From Eubacteriales bacterium (lineage in GTDB: Bacteria; Bacillota; Clostridia; Oscillospirales; CAG-272): a stretch of DNA of 64,000 nucleotides. Location of the stretch: contig JAZRMT010000127.1 in the NCBI GenBank assembly GCA_045647805.1, forward strand, positions 2,817 to 66,816. The letters run 5' to 3'. The translations under genes and the position numbers were made by a program. This document shows, in pieces, positions 18,379-26,204 of the stretch. Under the pieces are notes generated by a model, which had not been told where the DNA came from, searched no databases, and saw only the letters and a program-made list of their open reading frames with translations. Position 1 is the stretch's first letter; each line of letters opens with the position of its first letter.

Positions 18379-18824
18379 GAAAAATTTATATAGGCGCGGA
18401 TAGTGCAGGCTACGAGCTTAAGGAAAAGATCAAATCGAAGCTTAAAGAGGGCGGGTACGATGTGGTTGACTGCGGATGCGATTCCACCGCTTCCTGCCAT
18501 TATCCCGAGTTTGCATCGAAGGTATGCGAGGGTGTGCTTTCTGACCTTAATGGCAGCTTTGGAATACTCGTTTGCGGCACTGGAATCGGAATGTCCATGT
18601 GTGCTAACAAGTATAACGGTATCAGAGCGGCAGTCTGCGGCGACACCTTCTCTGCAAGAATGACAAGGCTTCACAACGATGCAAACGTACTTTGCCTCGG
18701 TGCGAGAGTCATTGGCGAGATGCTTGCATACGATATCGTCGAGCAGTTCCTTACCCACGAATTCGAGGGCGGACGCCATGCGATAAGAGTGGATATGATG
18801 ACCGATATCGAAAAGGCTAACTAA
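18375..18824 (+). CDS. rpiB: ribose-5-phosphate isomerase B
   Basis: CGTGIGMSMCANK and RLHNDANVLCLGARVIG. ATGA overlap with tsaB. Confidence 0.9.
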   Translation: MRKIYIGADSAGYELKEKIKSKLKEGGYDVVDCGCDSTASCHYPEFASKVCEGVLSDLNGSFGILVCGTGIGMSMCANKYNGIRAAVCGDTFSARMTRLHNDANVLCLGARVIGEMLAYDIVEQFLTHEFEGGRHAIRVDMMTDIEKAN

Positions 18825-18913
18825 AAGATAGTTTTATCATAGTAAAGGCTACTTTTGGATATTTACCCAGCACTGTTTATCTGTTAGAATTAAAATAAAA
18901 AAAACGAGAGGTA

Positions 18914-21283
18914 ATGAAAATGTATATCGGATACGCAAAAAACCCGAAATATACTTACACAAGAGTTGGCGGAAAGCCTCTTAGCAAGGAGCCTATCTGC
19001 AACGAGGACGGCTCTGTTGAATGGAAGTGGGGCTCATTCCACGAGGACTCGCTTGAAATCAGATGCGAGCTTGAGCAGGAATCCTACGTAGGTGCGGTTA
19101 CCATTCCCACCACCGACCGTTCAAAATGCGCAAGAGTCCGTGTTTTCGTTGACGGAAAGGTAGTAGGCTCATACTGTGCGGAAACAGGAAAGGCTCTTTC
19201 CGGCAAGATCACCGTAAACGTCGGCGTTGTTGCAAAAGATTTCGTAATCAGAGTAGATATGAAGGGCGGATTTGTCTTCGGCTTCTATCCCATTATGATC
19301 TCGGTTTGCTACGACGACGAAAAGCCGCTTCTCTGGCCCGTCCCCAAGAAGGCTGAGTACGCAAACGGTACTGTCAAGATCGCCCGTATCGTTGCAGGCG
19401 AGGACAAGGATTCGGTTTACGCGGCAGATTTCCTCACCGACCTTCTTGCCGAGAGATTCGGCGATATATTCGACGAGAGCGGTGTAGAGGTTTCTCTTGT
19501 TATCTCCGACGATGAGAAATACGCCAAGGAGGGTTATTCCGTTTCGGTAAAGGCTGACGGAGTTGTTATCACCGCGGCTAAGAGACTTACTCTTCTTTAC
19601 GGCGTTTACGCATTCATTGCGCTCTTTGAGGACGGCGGATTCAGACTTGCCGACATCTTCACCGAGCCGAGCCTTGAATACAGAGGCTATCACATGGGTC
19701 TTCCCAAGGTTGAGAACGTTCCCTTCGCAAAGAAGTTCTTCAAGGAGATCCTTCTTCCCCTCGGCTACAATATGATCATCGTGCAGATCGTTTCCGCAAT
19801 GGAATTCGAGAAGCACCCCGAGCTTACCGAGGCGTGGCTGCGTGAGAACAAGAGATGTGACGAGATGGGAAAGCAATTCGCTCACCGTTATATGGGTTGC
19901 GAGGGTCAGTCTATTCCCAAAAAGCTTGTTGCCGAGCTTCTTGACTACGCTCACGAGCTTGGCTTCGAGGTAGTTCCCGAGGTTCAGTCTATGGGTCACG
20001 TTCAGTGGTACACCATCAGCCATCCCGAGATCGCAGAGATCGACGCAGATGCAGTGGAGCAGCTTGAGAACACCAGAGATGCAGACGCTCGTCCCACACT
20101 CGAGTATCACCATTGCTACTGCCCCTCCAACGAGAAGAGCTACGAGCTTCTCTTCGACATTATGGACGAGATCATCGAGGTTACAAAGCCCGACAGATAC
20201 GTTCACATCGGTCATGACGAGGTTTATTACATAGGTAAGTGCGATAAGTGCAGAAACACTCCTCACGACGTACTCTTCGCAAGAGACGTTAACCGCATTT
20301 ACAACCATTTGAAGGAGCTCGGCTATAAGACTATGATGTGGTCGGATATGATCCAGCCCGTTACAAAGTACGAGACTCCCGGCGCTATCAAGATGATACC
20401 CAAGGATATTCTTTGCCTTGACTTCATCTGGTACTTCCACCGTGCGCTCGACATTGAGGAAAATCTCTTCCCCGAGGGCTACGACGTTATCGCGGGCAAC
20501 CTTTACTCCTCTCACTACGGCAGATTCAGAAAGCGTATGGCTCACCCCCAGATGAAGGGCGGTCAGGTTTCCTCTTGGTGTGAGGTCAACGAGTATAGAA
20601 TGGGTAAGAAGGGCAAGTTCTGGGATCTTACTTACACTGCTGAGATGCTTTGGAATCCCGAGAATTACGATGACGATATGCGTACCGTATTCTCCAACGT
20701 TATTACCAAGAACATTCAGCCTACTCAAAGAGATCTGATCAGAGGAAAGTATGTTCCCGGCGGATATTCCAAGACCGCGTTTGATCTTCCCGAGGGCTGC
20801 AAGTGCGGAATCCCGAGAGAGCTTAACGAGGCATATCCCGCGGCTATTATCGCAGACGGTGCAACCGTTAAGGTAGGCGGCAAGTATGACAGACTCGTTA
20901 TCGAGCATACCACTCTTGAGGTTGAGCAGAGAGTACCGTGGACAAACCTCAGACTCTCGGGTGAGTACACCGTTAAGTACACCGACGGCACATCCTTCAT
21001 TGCAAGAGCAGAGTACGGCGGAGGCGTTCAGCATTACGAGAGACGCTATGCAGATCCTCTCTTCGATGATACTCACAGACACACGGGTTATATCGGAACA
21101 TGGTTTGCTGACCCCGTGTTTGAGGGCAAGACCGACCATGGCGAGGATATTCTCGTAACCGGTCAGGTGGTTGAGAACCCCTATCCCGAAAAGGAGATCG
21201 AAGAGATCAGCTACAATGCAGCAGAAACCGATATTTCGGTAGTTGTACTTTGCGGAATCAAGGGACTTAACAAAAACTTATAA
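18914..21283 (+). CDS. GH20-family beta-N-acetylhexosaminidase-like glycoside hydrolase
   Basis: RGYHMGLPK, VPEVQSMGHVQW and HIGHDEVYYIG (the GH20 H-x-G-x-D-E context). No signal peptide. An extra N-terminal domain of about 130 aa. Confidence 0.65.
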   Translation: MKMYIGYAKNPKYTYTRVGGKPLSKEPICNEDGSVEWKWGSFHEDSLEIRCELEQESYVGAVTIPTTDRSKCARVRVFVDGKVVGSYCAETGKALSGKITVNVGVVAKDFVIRVDMKGGFVFGFYPIMISVCYDDEKPLLWPVPKKAEYANGTVKIARIVAGEDKDSVYAADFLTDLLAERFGDIFDESGVEVSLVISDDEKYAKEGYSVSVKADGVVITAAKRLTLLYGVYAFIALFEDGGFRLADIFTEPSLEYRGYHMGLPKVENVPFAKKFFKEILLPLGYNMIIVQIVSAMEFEKHPELTEAWLRENKRCDEMGKQFAHRYMGCEGQSIPKKLVAELLDYAHELGFEVVPEVQSMGHVQWYTISHPEIAEIDADAVEQLENTRDADARPTLEYHHCYCPSNEKSYELLFDIMDEIIEVTKPDRYVHIGHDEVYYIGKCDKCRNTPHDVLFARDVNRIYNHLKELGYKTMMWSDMIQPVTKYETPGAIKMIPKDILCLDFIWYFHRALDIEENLFPEGYDVIAGNLYSSHYGRFRKRMAHPQMKGGQVSSWCEVNEYRMGKKGKFWDLTYTAEMLWNPENYDDDMRTVFSNVITKNIQPTQRDLIRGKYVPGGYSKTAFDLPEGCKCGIPRELNEAYPAAIIADGATVKVGGKYDRLVIEHTTLEVEQRVPWTNLRLSGEYTVKYTDGTSFIARAEYGGGVQHYERRYADPLFDDTHRHTGYIGTWFADPVFEGKTDHGEDILVTGQVVENPYPEKEIEEISYNAAETDISVVVLCGIKGLNKNL

Positions 21284-21865
21284 TTTTGAAAGCTTCTCGA
21301 CACCGTCGCCTTTATAAACCGGCTCGGCATGCTCGAGAACATATACAAGAAAATCGGCGGGGAGACTTCTTCCAAATTCCGTGATGTATGGGAATTCGGA
21401 GATCTCCCCGCCCTTTCCGTATTCCTCGATCAATAGAAAATATTTGTCCTTCTGACCTACGTAAACGTCACTCAGGGGAGGCGATTTTGTATTTTTTATT
21501 ATTGCTTTTGCCGCTAATACCAATGGTTCAATACCGTCAAAGCAATATAAAAGCCGCACTCTTGAAAGTAGAGCAACTTTATCCGAGCGAGAGACGATTT
21601 TTGCCGAAGAAGCGGATAAAATGCCTAATTTTGTAACGAAAACTTCACATCCTCCACCATTTATTGGATAAAATTGTACTAATATCTTATCTCCCGATGG
21701 ATCAAATCCCACCTCATCACGGGCAACGTCGAGAACGCTCCATACCGCCCTTCGGCAAAGCGGATCGGTGCAATCGGAGTTAAGCGAGTCGATGCCGTAT
21801 TTTTTAACATCGGAAACCGACATAATAATTTTCAGTTTTGATTCGCCGATAACGAGAAATTCCAA
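21278..21865 (-). CDS. mecA: MecA-like adaptor protein
   Basis: N-terminal MEFLVIGESKLKIIMSVSDVKKYGI and the C-terminal domain layout resemble clostridial MecA annotations. Recognised from memory only. Confidence 0.55.
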   Translation of the reverse strand: MEFLVIGESKLKIIMSVSDVKKYGIDSLNSDCTDPLCRRAVWSVLDVARDEVGFDPSGDKILVQFYPINGGGCEVFVTKLGILSASSAKIVSRSDKVALLSRVRLLYCFDGIEPLVLAAKAIIKNTKSPPLSDVYVGQKDKYFLLIEEYGKGGEISEFPYITEFGRSLPADFLVYVLEHAEPVYKGDGVEKLSKL

Positions 21866-21943
21866 GCCTGTATCCTCTTCGTTCTTTCTTTTAATTTCAT
21901 TTTACTGTTATTTTTAAAAATTGTTACTTTTTTCTTTTAGCTA

Positions 21944-21972
21944 TTGATTAATCCGCCCCTTTGTGCTATAAT
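21944..21972 (+). promoter_or_regulatory. sigma-A type promoter driving the preQ1 riboswitch and queT
   Basis: TTGATT (21944-21949), 17-nt spacer, TATAAT (21967-21972). The predicted start coincides with the 5' end of the riboswitch. Confidence 0.6.
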
Positions 21973-21978
21973 AATTCC

Positions 21979-22020
21979 GGTGAGTTCGAGACCTTCCTCA
22001 CCTAAAACAAAACTAAAGGA
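21979..22020 (+). promoter_or_regulatory. preQ1-I riboswitch (translational, SD-sequestering)
   Basis: GGUGAG-UUCGAGACCUUC-CUCACC-UAAAACAAAACUAAAGGA. There is a P1 stem, a UUC after the 5' arm, a C before the 3' arm and an A-rich tail. Loop CCUU can pair with the AAGG of the SD. It closely parallels the B. subtilis and T. tengcongensis aptamers. Confidence 0.75.
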
Positions 22021-22029
22021 TAAATAAAA

Positions 22030-22530
22030 ATGAGAAGAAGAAAAAACTCTGCCCTCTATCTTACAAGAGGAGCAATTATTGCGGCGCTTTACGTCGTTCT
22101 GACCTATTTGTCGGCACTGTTCGGACTTTCCAGCGGTGTTATTCAGTTCAGAATTTCGGAGGCGCTTTGTGTTTTGCCTATGTTTTTCCCCGAGGCAGTA
22201 CCGGGGCTTTACGTCGGATGCATTATTGCAAATCTGATTGCGGTGTCAAATCCGTGGGATATAGTCTTCGGCAGTCTTGCGACGCTTCTCGGTGCCTTGG
22301 GTGCAAGGCTCCTTAGAAAGCTACCCAAAAAGCTTGGTTGGATAGCTACAATTCCCACTATCCTTGCAAACATACTGATCGTTCCACCCATACTTATTTT
22401 CGCATACGGTGCGACCGATGCCTACTGGTTCATCGTACTGACGGTATTTATCGGAGAATTCGTATGTGCCGGAATCGTTGGTTACTTTTTGTATCTGGCC
22501 CTTAAAAAATCCGGGCTATACGGAAAATAG
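22030..22530 (+). CDS. queT: queuosine-precursor transporter QueT (ECF S-component type)
   Basis: Multi-TM protein with IQFRISEALCVLP. Lies directly behind the preQ1 riboswitch. Confidence 0.8.
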   Translation: MRRRKNSALYLTRGAIIAALYVVLTYLSALFGLSSGVIQFRISEALCVLPMFFPEAVPGLYVGCIIANLIAVSNPWDIVFGSLATLLGALGARLLRKLPKKLGWIATIPTILANILIVPPILIFAYGATDAYWFIVLTVFIGEFVCAGIVGYFLYLALKKSGLYGK

Positions 22531-22545
22531 TTTATTAAATATAGA

Positions 22546-22582
22546 AGCGGACAAACCGATTTTTCCACTCGGTTTGTCCGCT
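22546..22582. terminator. bidirectional terminator hairpin (left copy of a paralogous pair)
   Basis: AGCGGACAAACCG, 11-nt loop, CGGTTTGTCCGCT. This is a perfect 13-bp stem. Its arms are near-identical to those of the hairpin at 23429-23457. Confidence 0.65.
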
Positions 22583-22828
22583 TTATTGTTCTATTTCGAG
22601 ATCGGAAGAAGAAAAAATTTCATCATCCAAAAATTCAAGAAGCGAAATGCCAAATCCTTTAGAAATCATCATAATGGTACTGAGGGTGACAGTCTTATTT
22701 CTACCGTTCATTATGCATTGCATACTTCCGTGCTGAATTCCTGAATCCTGCTCAAGCCTATACTGCGATATGCCTTTTTCTTTGAGCAACGCAGAAATAC
22801 GTTTCGCAACAGCGTCATTTACAGTCAA
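22583..22828 (-). CDS. XRE-family HTH transcriptional regulator
   Basis: ISALLKEKGISQYRLEQDSGIQHGSMQCIMNGRNKTVTLSTIMMISKGFGISLLEF matches an HTH_3 fold. TTG start with GAGGAGG 7 nt upstream. Confidence 0.8.
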   Translation of the reverse strand: MTVNDAVAKRISALLKEKGISQYRLEQDSGIQHGSMQCIMNGRNKTVTLSTIMMISKGFGISLLEFLDDEIFSSSDLEIEQ

Positions 22829-22963
22829 AGCTATACCTCCTCATCAATGAAGATTTACTTGCATTTATATTGTAACAGTAAATCCAAAAAAATATAAGAA
22901 GGTATACCTACACAGAACATTGATTTTTGTTCGATTTATGTTATAATATGTAGGTACACCTTC
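22829..22963. promoter_or_regulatory. three copies of a 10-bp palindromic operator in the XRE/SLOG divergent control region
   Basis: AGGTATACCT at 22900-22909 is a perfect palindrome. AGGTACACCT at 22952-22961 and AGCTATACCT at 22829-22838 each match 9/10. The 15-mers at 22898-22912 and 22949-22963 are inverted repeats with one mismatch. Confidence 0.6.
22920..22947 (+). promoter_or_regulatory. sigma-A type promoter of the SLOG gene
   Basis: TTGATT (22920-22925), 16-nt spacer, TATAAT (22942-22947). Operator copies lie 10 nt upstream of the -35 and 4 nt downstream of the -10. Confidence 0.55.
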
Positions 22964-22980
22964 TCACGAGGAGATTTTTT

Positions 22981-23427
22981 ATGACCGTCACTTTTTGCGG
23001 ACACTCAAGCTACATAGAAAACCACGAAGATAAAAGGAAAATTCTCAAATTTCTTGAATCTTCTATAAAAGGCAAAAATGTCGTTTTTCTGCTTGGCGGA
23101 TACGGCGGATTTGATAGGTCTGCCTATTCTGTTGCCAGTACCTACAAAAAAGAGCATCCTAATGCCACTCTCATTTTCGTAACTCCGTACCTAAACGAAT
23201 CCTACCAACGCAATCACTTGGCACTATTAAAAGAAGAGTACGATTCAATTTTATACCCACCAATTGAAAACAGACCTCCGAAATTTGCAATAACATACAG
23301 AAACAGATATATGGTGGATGAATCGGATATAGTAATTGCCTACGTCAAACGAAACTTCAGAGGTGCTTTTAAAACTTTGGAATACGCAAAGAAGTTAAAC
23401 AAGAAAATACTAAATATTGCAAATTAA
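22981..23427 (+). CDS. SLOG-superfamily protein, DUF1273/YpsA-like
   Basis: VTFCGHS, FLLGGYGGFDRSAY, IFVTPY and YRNRYMVDESDIVIAY follow the order seen in YpsA-type SLOG proteins. 148 aa. GAGGAG upstream. Confidence 0.65.
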   Translation: MTVTFCGHSSYIENHEDKRKILKFLESSIKGKNVVFLLGGYGGFDRSAYSVASTYKKEHPNATLIFVTPYLNESYQRNHLALLKEEYDSILYPPIENRPPKFAITYRNRYMVDESDIVIAYVKRNFRGAFKTLEYAKKLNKKILNIAN

Positions 23428-23428
23428 A

Positions 23429-23457
23429 AGCGAACAAATCACCTCGATTTGTCCGCT
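23429..23457. terminator. terminator hairpin (right copy of the paralogous pair)
   Basis: AGCGAACAAATC, loop ACCTC, GATTTGTCCGCT (11 of 12 bp paired). The 3' arm matches the left copy at 11 of 12 positions. Confidence 0.55.
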
Positions 23458-23478
23458 TCTGTTTACTTTTTGTTGCTT

Positions 23479-24837
23479 TTAGAAGTTAAAATATCTCTTT
23501 GCGTTATTGTATGCGATGCCGGTTACAATCTTTTCAAGTGTCTTGTAGTCCTCGGGATACTCGCCGTCGGCCACCCACTTGCCGATAAGGTTACACATAA
23601 TACGTCTGAAGTACTCGTGACGGGGATAGGATACGAAGGAGCGGCTGTCGGTGAGCATTCCAACGAAGTTTGCGATCATGCCGAGGTTCGCAAGAGACTG
23701 CATCTGTGCCTCCATGCCGTCACGCTGATCGTTGAACCACCAGCCGGAGCCGAACTGAATCTTTCCTGCGGTCTCACTGCCCTGGAAGCATCCGAGCATG
23801 GTACCGAGTACATAATTATCCTTGGGATTGAGGGTATAGAGTATGGTTCTGGGAAGGCATTCTGCATACTCAAGAAGGTTCATAAATGCTCCGAGATCCT
23901 CAGCAATACAGAGGTCGTTGATCGAGTCGTAGCCGGTGTCGGGGCCGAGACGGTCGTACATTCTTCTGTTATTATTACGCAGAGCACCGATGTGAAGCTG
24001 CATAGTCCAGCCGAGCTTGGTGTATTCCTCGGCGCAAGCCTTAAGGACCGCGCACTTGAAGGAGTCGATCTCACACTTGGTAAGCTCGCCGCCTGCCATT
24101 CTCTTATCGAATGCACTCTTTGCGTCACCTGTACCGAAGGGAACGTATTCAAGAGCGTGGTCGGAGAGACGGCAGCCAAAGCTGTTGAAGTATGCTATTC
24201 TATCCTTGATCCACTTGATAAGCTGATCGTAGGACTTGATGCCCGCCTGCTCCATATAAGGAAGGAAAGTCTCCTTACCAATCTCAACAGCCTTATCGGG
24301 GCGGAAGGTGGGAAGGATCTTTGTGGAGAAGCCCTTAAGTGCTGCATGATACTCGAGGGTATCAATAGGATCGTCGGTGGTGCAGATGACCTCAACATTT
24401 GATCTCTTGATAAGCTCCTGGGCGGTGAACTCGGGACGTGCAAGGCACTCGTTCACCTTGTTCCAAATTCTCTCACAGGACTCACCGGTAAGAGGCTCGT
24501 CAATGTCGAAATATCTCTTAAGCTCGAGGTGTGTCCAGTGGTAAAGGGGGTTACCGATGAGAAGAGGAAGGGTTTCTGCGAATTTCTTGAACTTTTCGTA
24601 CTCGTCGGCATCACCGGTGATGAACTTTTCCTCTACTCCGTTGGAGCGGATCTGTCTCCACTTATAGTGGTCGCCTCCGAGGAAGAGGTCGAAGGCATTG
24701 CGGAACTGATAGTTTTCAGCTATCATCTTGGGAGAAAGATGACAGTGATAGTCGATGATAGGAAGATCCTTTACCATAGCGTAAAGCTTCTTGGCAGGTT
24801 CATTTTTAAGCATAAAATTATCATTAATAAAGCTCAT
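23479..24837 (-). CDS. uxaC: glucuronate isomerase
   Basis: IIDYHCHLSPK and GDHYKWR, about 450 aa. Last gene of the uxaB-uxaA-uxaC operon (4-nt overlap with uxaA). Confidence 0.9.
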   Translation of the reverse strand: MSFINDNFMLKNEPAKKLYAMVKDLPIIDYHCHLSPKMIAENYQFRNAFDLFLGGDHYKWRQIRSNGVEEKFITGDADEYEKFKKFAETLPLLIGNPLYHWTHLELKRYFDIDEPLTGESCERIWNKVNECLARPEFTAQELIKRSNVEVICTTDDPIDTLEYHAALKGFSTKILPTFRPDKAVEIGKETFLPYMEQAGIKSYDQLIKWIKDRIAYFNSFGCRLSDHALEYVPFGTGDAKSAFDKRMAGGELTKCEIDSFKCAVLKACAEEYTKLGWTMQLHIGALRNNNRRMYDRLGPDTGYDSINDLCIAEDLGAFMNLLEYAECLPRTILYTLNPKDNYVLGTMLGCFQGSETAGKIQFGSGWWFNDQRDGMEAQMQSLANLGMIANFVGMLTDSRSFVSYPRHEYFRRIMCNLIGKWVADGEYPEDYKTLEKIVTGIAYNNAKRYFNF

Positions 24838-26204
24838 AGCGTTACTCCGTCCTTAAATATTGAAATTTCTCTGTAATCGTTTATTTCGTTCTTAGTTTCC
24901 TTGCCCTCTGCGACGCTTAGAACGTACTCGAAGAACTCGTCGGTGAGAGGCTTTCCTTCGAGGGTTGGGGAGGCATCAAAGTCTATCCATCCGGACTTAC
25001 GGACGGCAAGGGAGTGGTTGGTTGCAACCTTTACGGTAGGCACGGGAGCACCTACGGGTGTTCCTCTTCCCGTAGTGAAGAGGATTATATGAACGCCTGC
25101 CGCCATAAGGTTGGTTATAGCAACAATGTCGTTACCCGGGCCATTTAGAAGTGAGAGACCGTTCTTGGTAAGGGTGTCGCCGTAGTCGAGAACATCAACG
25201 ACCTTGGAAAGTCCGCCCTTTTGCACACATCCGAGCGATTTCTCTTCAAGTGTTGTGATACCGCCCTTCTTATTTCCGGGGGAGGGATTCTCGTAGATGA
25301 CCTGATTGTGTCTTGTGTAATAATCCTTGAAGTCGTTAATAAGCTTAACAGTCTTATCAAACACCTCTTTCGACTCACATCTCTGCATCAGAAGATGCTC
25401 TGCACCGAACATTTCGGGAACCTCGGTAAGAACACAGCTGCCGCCCATTGCGATAAGCTTATCCGAAAGTCTGCCGACAAGGGGGTTGGCGGTGATTCCA
25501 CTATATCCGTCACTACCGCCGCACTTAAGTCCGAGGCGAAGACGACTTACGGGAACGGGGGTTCTTACGAACCTTGCCGCATATACCTTAAGCTCCTCAA
25601 TAAGCTTTACCCCCTCTGCGATATCATCGTCAAAGTCCTGAGTGTTAAGGAATTTTACTCTGCTCGGGTTATAGTCACCGAGAACCTTCTTGAACACTTC
25701 AATATTGTTGTTCTCGCATCCGAGACCGAGAACGAGAATGCCTGCGGCGTTAGGATGGTTGACCATTCCTCGGAGGATAAGCTGGGTGGTCGTCTGATCG
25801 TCGCCAAGCTGAGAACAACCAAAGGGATGAGAAAAATGCCTTGCACCGGTTATTTCGGAAAGCTTCTCGGCAACCTTATTAACACAGCCGACAGTATTTA
25901 CTATCCAAATCTCGTTACGAATGCCTACGTCTCCGTTCTCACGTACGTAGCCCATAAAGGTTCTTCCCTGCTCCTCGGCGGGAATCTCGTAGAACTTAGG
26001 CTCATAGGAATACTCAAGATTACCCGAAAGATTAGTCTTTACGTTATGAGTATGCACGTGCTCGCCCTGTTTTATGTCACAGACGGCATGGCCTATGGGG
26101 TTGCCGTATTTGATTATATCTTCGCCGCATTTAATATCCCTGAGGGCGTATTTGTGACCGTCCTCCAGGTTGATATCAACGTTGTCAAGCTTATTTATTA
26201 ACAT
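24834..26204 (-). CDS. uxaA: altronate dehydratase
   Basis: N-terminal SAF domain GHKYALRDIKCGEDIIKYGNPIGHA, plus VLGLGCENN and TTGRGTPVG. Confidence 0.85.
   Translation of the reverse strand: MLINKLDNVDINLEDGHKYALRDIKCGEDIIKYGNPIGHAVCDIKQGEHVHTHNVKTNLSGNLEYSYEPKFYEIPAEEQGRTFMGYVRENGDVGIRNEIWIVNTVGCVNKVAEKLSEITGARHFSHPFGCSQLGDDQTTTQLILRGMVNHPNAAGILVLGLGCENNNIEVFKKVLGDYNPSRVKFLNTQDFDDDIAEGVKLIEELKVYAARFVRTPVPVSRLRLGLKCGGSDGYSGITANPLVGRLSDKLIAMGGSCVLTEVPEMFGAEHLLMQRCESKEVFDKTVKLINDFKDYYTRHNQVIYENPSPGNKKGGITTLEEKSLGCVQKGGLSKVVDVLDYGDTLTKNGLSLLNGPGNDIVAITNLMAAGVHIILFTTGRGTPVGAPVPTVKVATNHSLAVRKSGWIDFDASPTLEGKPLTDEFFEYVLSVAEGKETKNEINDYREISIFKDGVTL

Noticed and set aside
21275-21283. The GH20 and mecA genes converge and overlap by 6 nt, sharing the palindrome TTATAA as both stop codons.
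   Set aside because: This is a trivial consequence of TAA stops on both strands and carries no functional implication.
14297-23427. A possible functional link between queG, the preQ1 riboswitch with queT, and the adjacent SLOG protein. LOG/SLOG enzymes cleave nucleotide N-glycosidic bonds, so a role in queuosine salvage was considered.
   Set aside because: The SLOG gene has its own XRE repressor, promoter and operators. It is separated from queT by a strong bidirectional terminator, has a different base composition, and looks inserted. queG is 7 kb away in an unrelated context. The adjacency is most simply coincidental.
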